IMG/VR virus record: IMGVR_UViG_3300043467_001216
Length of the DNA stretch: 64,000 nt
Direction: 5' to 3' (one strand)
From: a virus
Lineage: Duplodnaviria; Heunggongvirae; Uroviricota; Caudoviricetes
The stretch's first letter is position 1. Every line of letters begins with the position of its first letter. The position numbers and the translations under genes were made by a program. This document shows positions 59,707-64,000 of the stretch, in pieces. Below the pieces are notes generated by a model, which ran no database searches, was not told where the DNA came from, and saw only the letters and a program-made list of their open reading frames with translations.

Positions 59707-62036
59707 TGAGTAATAAAGTTGATTTAACTAATGTTGAAAACCCCTACATACAAGTAGTATGGGAGGATTTTGCTGAAAACTTTACACAGGAAAAAATTAA
59801 AAGTGTTAAACATTATTTCCAAAAGAAATATAACTCAAACAATATTAATGTTATCACTAAAACAAAAGTTAGTGAAGCAACAAATCATAATGTTGATATC
59901 TCTTTTAATATCTTAGACAAAAATTATCAATTAACATTAGTTGAATCTTTCTTATCATCAAAATCTAATCAAGAGTATTCCGATAGGATTTTAGAATTGG
60001 ACAGACAGGTTGATAGTGAATTAATTCTAAATCAAACAGAGGTAACACCATTTAAAAAATGGTTTATTAAAAACATCGAGTTCTCAAACTTCTTATCTTA
60101 TGGTGAGAACCAAAGGTTAGATTTTGATAAATGTAATGGTATCTCAGTAATCGAATCTAATCCCCCTAACTTTGGAGGTAAAACGGTATTAAGTGTTGAC
60201 TTACTATTCTTTTTATTCTTTAACGAAACAACTAAAACTACTAAGGCAGAAGAAATCTTCAATAGATTTACAGATAAGAATAAGGTATCAGTTAAGGGTG
60301 AAATTGTTATTGATGGGGATGATTATATTATTGAGAGAAACATTACTCGTAAGTTATCCAAGAGTGGTGATTGGACGGTTAAGACTGAGTTAGATTTCTT
60401 TAAGAAGTTAGCTGATGGTAGTTTACAGAATTTCACGGGTGAACAACGACGTGAGACTGAAGCGTTCATTAAGAATTCTATCGGAACAAAAGAAGATTTC
60501 TTAATGACAATCTTAACTACCGCAACAAACTTAGAAGAGTTAATTGATTCTAAACCAACTGCCAGAGGTCAAGTGTTATCTCGTTTTATGGGACTTGATT
60601 TCTTAAAACGAAAAGAGGAAGCCGGTAAGGATTTGTATTCCAAGTTTTCAAAATCAATGATTTCGAACATATATAGTTCTGAAAAATTAAAAACTGACAT
60701 CGAAACTTATAAATCAACAATTGATGGGTTGAAAGAAAGTGGTATTCAGTTAAACAAACAGTTAACAGATGTTCAGGATAGAATTATCAGAGGTCAACAA
60801 TTTCGTGATGATTTAACGAGCAAGAAACATATGGATATTGACCGAGAGATTAGTCAATTATCACCTGAAAAAATTGAGAATGAAGTTAAGGGTTATGAGA
60901 AACAAATTGATGACAATCGTAAATTACTAAAGGAATTAAACGTTGTTGAACCTACTGAATTTTACCACGAAGACAAACACGATGAGGTTAAAAAAGAATA
61001 CGACATTCAATATAAAGAGTTTGTTAGAGTTGAAACTGAAATAAAATCAATTCAAAAATTACAGGCATCGGTGAGTGGTGGTATCATTTGTGAACACTGT
61101 GGAATTGATTTAATGAATGCTTCGATTACTCAGGCAAAAATCAATGAACTTGCAGGGTTAAACACGCATAAAGACGAAATTTCGGGGTTAATGCGGGATT
61201 TAACCGGCAAAGAACAAGGTTTTGTTAAACTTAAAAAAGAGTTTGATGAGTATGAGAAAAATAAGTTAATCAAAGAAAAATATGAGTTAACTATTGAATC
61301 TTTGGATATGAAGATTAAAAACTTGAAAGACAAGTTAACTAAGTATTTTGAATTACAGAGTAAGATTAATGATAATGAGAAAATTGAAACTCAACTATTA
61401 AAGGCTAACCAACGATTAACTGAATTAGACAATGAGAAGAATGGTGTGATTAGACAAATGGATAATGCCAAATATCAAATTGAAACTAATCAGGATAACA
61501 TTGAAGGTAACTTAAAAAAGATTCAACAAATTAATGAAGAGTCTGAAAAAGAAAAAGTGTATAAAATATACTTAGAGATTTTCGGTAAGAATGGTATTAG
61601 TAAGTTAATTATGAAAACTATGATACCGTTAATCAATTCGGAGTTACAAAGATTGTTGGAGGACAGTTCTCATTTCAGACTTGAAGTTCGTATTAATGAT
61701 AAAAACGAGGTTGATTTTGTTATGGTTGATAACAACACTCAGGTTGAGAAGAATATTGCGTCAGGTTCGGGGTATGAAAGAACTATTGCGTCATTAGCTT
61801 TAAGGTCTGTGTTAAGTAAGATTTGTTCTTTACCTAAACCTAACATCATTGTATTTGATGAGGTGTTTGGTAAAATATCAAATGACAATTTAGATATGGT
61901 TTCAGAGTTCTTTACTAAAATTAAAGAATATTTTGAAAAAATATTTGTAATAACACACAACCCTATGGTTACAAATTGGGCTGACAGTGTAATTAAAGTA
62001 AGAAAAGAAGAAAACATTAGTTATGTTACCCAATAA
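59706..62036 (+). CDS. sbcC: Rad50/SbcC-like ABC ATPase (T4 gp46-like) with N-terminal extension
   Basis: IKNIEFSNFLSYG, variant P-loop NPPNFGGKT, CEHC zinc hook in coiled coil, SGSGYE signature, IIVFDEVF Walker B, ITHN H-loop. Confidence 0.9.
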   Translation: MSNKVDLTNVENPYIQVVWEDFAENFTQEKIKSVKHYFQKKYNSNNINVITKTKVSEATNHNVDISFNILDKNYQLTLVESFLSSKSNQEYSDRILELDRQVDSELILNQTEVTPFKKWFIKNIEFSNFLSYGENQRLDFDKCNGISVIESNPPNFGGKTVLSVDLLFFLFFNETTKTTKAEEIFNRFTDKNKVSVKGEIVIDGDDYIIERNITRKLSKSGDWTVKTELDFFKKLADGSLQNFTGEQRRETEAFIKNSIGTKEDFLMTILTTATNLEELIDSKPTARGQVLSRFMGLDFLKRKEEAGKDLYSKFSKSMISNIYSSEKLKTDIETYKSTIDGLKESGIQLNKQLTDVQDRIIRGQQFRDDLTSKKHMDIDREISQLSPEKIENEVKGYEKQIDDNRKLLKELNVVEPTEFYHEDKHDEVKKEYDIQYKEFVRVETEIKSIQKLQASVSGGIICEHCGIDLMNASITQAKINELAGLNTHKDEISGLMRDLTGKEQGFVKLKKEFDEYEKNKLIKEKYELTIESLDMKIKNLKDKLTKYFELQSKINDNEKIETQLLKANQRLTELDNEKNGVIRQMDNAKYQIETNQDNIEGNLKKIQQINEESEKEKVYKIYLEIFGKNGISKLIMKTMIPLINSELQRLLEDSSHFRLEVRINDKNEVDFVMVDNNTQVEKNIASGSGYERTIASLALRSVLSKICSLPKPNIIVFDEVFGKISNDNLDMVSEFFTKIKEYFEKIFVITHNPMVTNWADSVIKVRKEENISYVTQ

Positions 62037-62067
62037 TTTGGTGTTTTGAATTTTAGTAGTATCTTTG
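62037..62067 (+). promoter_or_regulatory. Consensus Bacteroidota -33/-7 promoter driving the sigma factor operon
   Basis: TTTG (62037-40), 19 nt, TATCTTTG (62060-67), matching TTTG-N19-TAnnTTTG. Confidence 0.75.
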
Positions 62068-62084
62068 TTTAAACTAAAAACGTT

Positions 62085-62693
62085 ATGAAAAATAAAACTT
62101 TTAACTATATTCTTTTTGTTTTTGCAAAAAGTAAAAACCAAGATAACTTTGTAACTGAAATTGCTGAAGAAATTGCGGTGATTACTAAATCAAAGAACAT
62201 TAGGTATTACTACGGTCCTGATGCTTGTGTGTTCACTTTCGGTACTTTGGATGATTTGAAAAGTGTTGCTGAATATGTGGATATTATATTAAGTGAGGGT
62301 GAGATATCTTACTTTTTGTTACCATATCATTCTGACAATATGTCTTTTGGGTTACCTAAAGATATTTCAGACCATTTATTCTCTGACAAAATGTCAGATA
62401 TTGATAAAATGGACCAAGATTTGGATGTAAAATGGTCTAAAATAGATTCTGATTTAAAAAAGTTGGATGAAGATATGTTTGAAAAATTTATGAATGTGTT
62501 TTCTGATGAGGATGATGAGGATGACGATATATCAAAATTAATCAAACGAACAAAAACAACTAAAGTAGATGACTACGTGTCTGAGAATCAGTTCAATGTT
62601 ATTTTAGATAAAATAAATAGTGATGGTATGTCGTCATTAACAAAAAAAGAGTTAGATTTGTTAAAAAAATATTCAAACCAAGTTAAAAAATAG
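62085..62693 (+). CDS. Acidic hypothetical protein with C-terminal DUF6576-like helix pair
   Basis: FNVILDKINSDGMSSLTKKELDLLKK resembles the ILDKI..G..SLT..E motif. Confidence 0.5.
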   Translation: MKNKTFNYILFVFAKSKNQDNFVTEIAEEIAVITKSKNIRYYYGPDACVFTFGTLDDLKSVAEYVDIILSEGEISYFLLPYHSDNMSFGLPKDISDHLFSDKMSDIDKMDQDLDVKWSKIDSDLKKLDEDMFEKFMNVFSDEDDEDDDISKLIKRTKTTKVDDYVSENQFNVILDKINSDGMSSLTKKELDLLKKYSNQVKK

Positions 62694-62695
62694 AT

Positions 62696-63496
62696 ATGAA
62701 AGAAAAAGGTTCAGCAATTCCGATTAATCAAGATGAGATTCAACTTTACTTGAAAGACATTCGTAAAATTAAGGTAATGACACCTGAAAGGGAGAGACAA
62801 TTATCTGAAATGGTGTCTCAAGGTAATTTAACTGAGCGTGAGATTAATAAAATCGAGACTGAGGTTGTGTTAGGTAATTTACGTTTTGTAATTACAGTGG
62901 CGAAACAATATCAAAATCAGGGTTTATCGCTGGCTGATTTGATTAATGAAGGTAATTTAGGTTTACTTAAAGCGTTCAGAAATTTTGATTGGTCTAAAAA
63001 TTTGAGATTTATCTCATACGCAGTTTGGTGGGTTAGACAATCAATCTTACAATCATTAAACGATAACGCAAGAACAATTAGACTACCTGTTAACGTAGTT
63101 CAAGAGTTACATAAAGCGAAACGTGAAATAGAAAGTAACGGTGGTAAGTTAGATGATAAGTTTCAAAATTTACCAAGTATTATTGATTTAGATATGAATA
63201 TCAATGAAGATGGTGATACTTTGGTTGACATTCTAAAAAATGACGACGCTGAGATGCCTGATGAGGCATTCAACAGTAAAGATATGTTAAAATCTAAATT
63301 GATGTCTCTGTTAGATATTTTGGATGATAGAGAGAAAGTAATCATTGGTGATTACTTTGGTCTAACGGGAACTTGTAGAACGTTAGAAGATATCGGGGAT
63401 GACTTTAATTTAACTAAAGAAAGAGTCCGACAAATCAAAGAAAAGGCTCTTAGGAAACTAAGAAATGAAAGTTCAACCTTGTTTGATTATATGTAA
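62696..63496 (+). CDS. Phage-encoded sigma70-family RNA polymerase sigma factor
   Basis: NLRFVITVAKQYQNQGLSLADLINEGNLGL, RFISYAVWWVRQSI (region 2), TLEDIG..FNLTKERVRQIKEKALRKL (region 4.2). Confidence 0.95.
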   Translation: MKEKGSAIPINQDEIQLYLKDIRKIKVMTPERERQLSEMVSQGNLTEREINKIETEVVLGNLRFVITVAKQYQNQGLSLADLINEGNLGLLKAFRNFDWSKNLRFISYAVWWVRQSILQSLNDNARTIRLPVNVVQELHKAKREIESNGGKLDDKFQNLPSIIDLDMNINEDGDTLVDILKNDDAEMPDEAFNSKDMLKSKLMSLLDILDDREKVIIGDYFGLTGTCRTLEDIGDDFNLTKERVRQIKEKALRKLRNESSTLFDYM

Positions 63497-63501
63497 AAAA
63501 T

Positions 63502-63536
63502 AAAAACCTTCTATTTATTATGGTAGAAGGTTTTTT
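63502..63536 (+). terminator. Intrinsic terminator after the sigma gene
   Basis: AAAAACCTTCTA-TTTATTATGG-TAGAAGGTTTTTT. Confidence 0.85.
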
Positions 63537-63560
63537 ACATTTATAATTAAAACTTAGATT

Positions 63561-63851
63561 ATGAAAAAAATTAATGAATTTATTGCACAACATTACCAAA
63601 AATTGATGTTGTTTCTATTACTTGTTATTTTTGTTAACACTTGTGGTAATCCTAACAAACAACTAACAAAAAAAGTCGAAACATTATCCAATAAAATTGA
63701 CTCCTTAGAAGTGGTTACAGTAACTAAAAAAGACTTGACGATTGAAGGGTTGAAAGTTGAGAAAAGATTGATTCAATCAACGGACAGAAAAATTTTGGAT
63801 GTTAATAGACAATCTGAAATTGATAAAGAATTAGAAATATTAAATAAATAA
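63561..63851 (+). CDS. Membrane-anchored or lipoprotein-like coiled-coil protein
   Basis: Basic N-terminus, hydrophobic LMLFLLLVIFVNTC, then coiled coil. Confidence 0.55.
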   Translation: MKKINEFIAQHYQKLMLFLLLVIFVNTCGNPNKQLTKKVETLSNKIDSLEVVTVTKKDLTIEGLKVEKRLIQSTDRKILDVNRQSEIDKELEILNK

Positions 63852-64000
63852 TGAAAAATATTTGGATATGGATTAAGAACAATCCGATTAGGTTTATGTT
63901 CTTGGTCCCAATTATTCTAGTTGCGATTATCTCAATCTCTCACGTAGTTTCTTGGTATGAATTAGCTAACCCATTTACTTGGGCGGTTTATTTATCAATT
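63851..64000 (+). CDS. Membrane protein (3'-truncated by window edge)
   Basis: TAATG-coupled ATG; MKNIWIWIKNNPIRFMFLVPIILVAIISISHVVSWY... open to the end of the window. Confidence 0.6.
   Translation, partial: MKNIWIWIKNNPIRFMFLVPIILVAIISISHVVSWYELANPFTWAVYLSI

Noticed and set aside
1113-63345. Remaining short 60-108 aa ORF-track entries nested in or antisense to long genes
   Set aside because: Fully overlapped by well-supported genes, with no motifs or expression signals.
1-64000. Stop-codon recoding (as in Lak-type phages)
   Set aside because: Conserved enzymes are full length in the standard code, and TAG (30514, 62693) and TGA (3796, 14201, 22917) act as ordinary stops.
1-64000. tRNA or rRNA genes
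   Set aside because: Intergenic gaps are short, and none showed a cloverleaf or rRNA-like sequence by eye; a tRNAscan run would confirm.

Overview
A 64-kb segment of a very large, AT-rich, myovirus-like dsDNA phage (jumbo or 'huge' phage type). It uses the standard genetic code and is densely coding. Blocks of contractile-tail and baseplate genes (tube-initiator/hub proteins, LysM gp53-like, gp25, gp6, wedge and fibre proteins) alternate with T4-like replication and recombination genes (gp32-like SSB, UvsX/RecA, 5'-3' exonuclease, DnaB helicase, class Ia RNR, RuvC, primase, Mre11/Rad50) and a sigma70-family factor. The host is most likely Bacteroidota, based on TTTG-N19/20-TAnnTTTG/A promoters, no Shine-Dalgarno motifs, a Bacteroidota-like sigma factor, eukaryote-like NrdAB and SprB-repeat fibres. 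The most striking feature is in the fibre cluster (36.5-54 kb). A glycosyltransferase resembling plant peptide O-glycosyltransferases (HPAT/SGT1) sits among putative virion genes with Thr/Pro-rich mucin/extensin-like repeats, including a ~600-residue TPT repeat. This suggests a phage-encoded O-glycosylated 'mucin fibre' system. Other points: a strand-oriented TATTTAT motif ahead of operon starts, a split SprB-repeat gene whose new start duplicates 20 nt of another gene start, a Rad50 carrying an Mre11-type C-terminal segment, and OmpA-like and lysozyme-like domains in hub proteins. I saw no tRNA, rRNA, CRISPR array, integrase, transposase or intein. All family assignments come from motif recognition by eye; no database searches were run.
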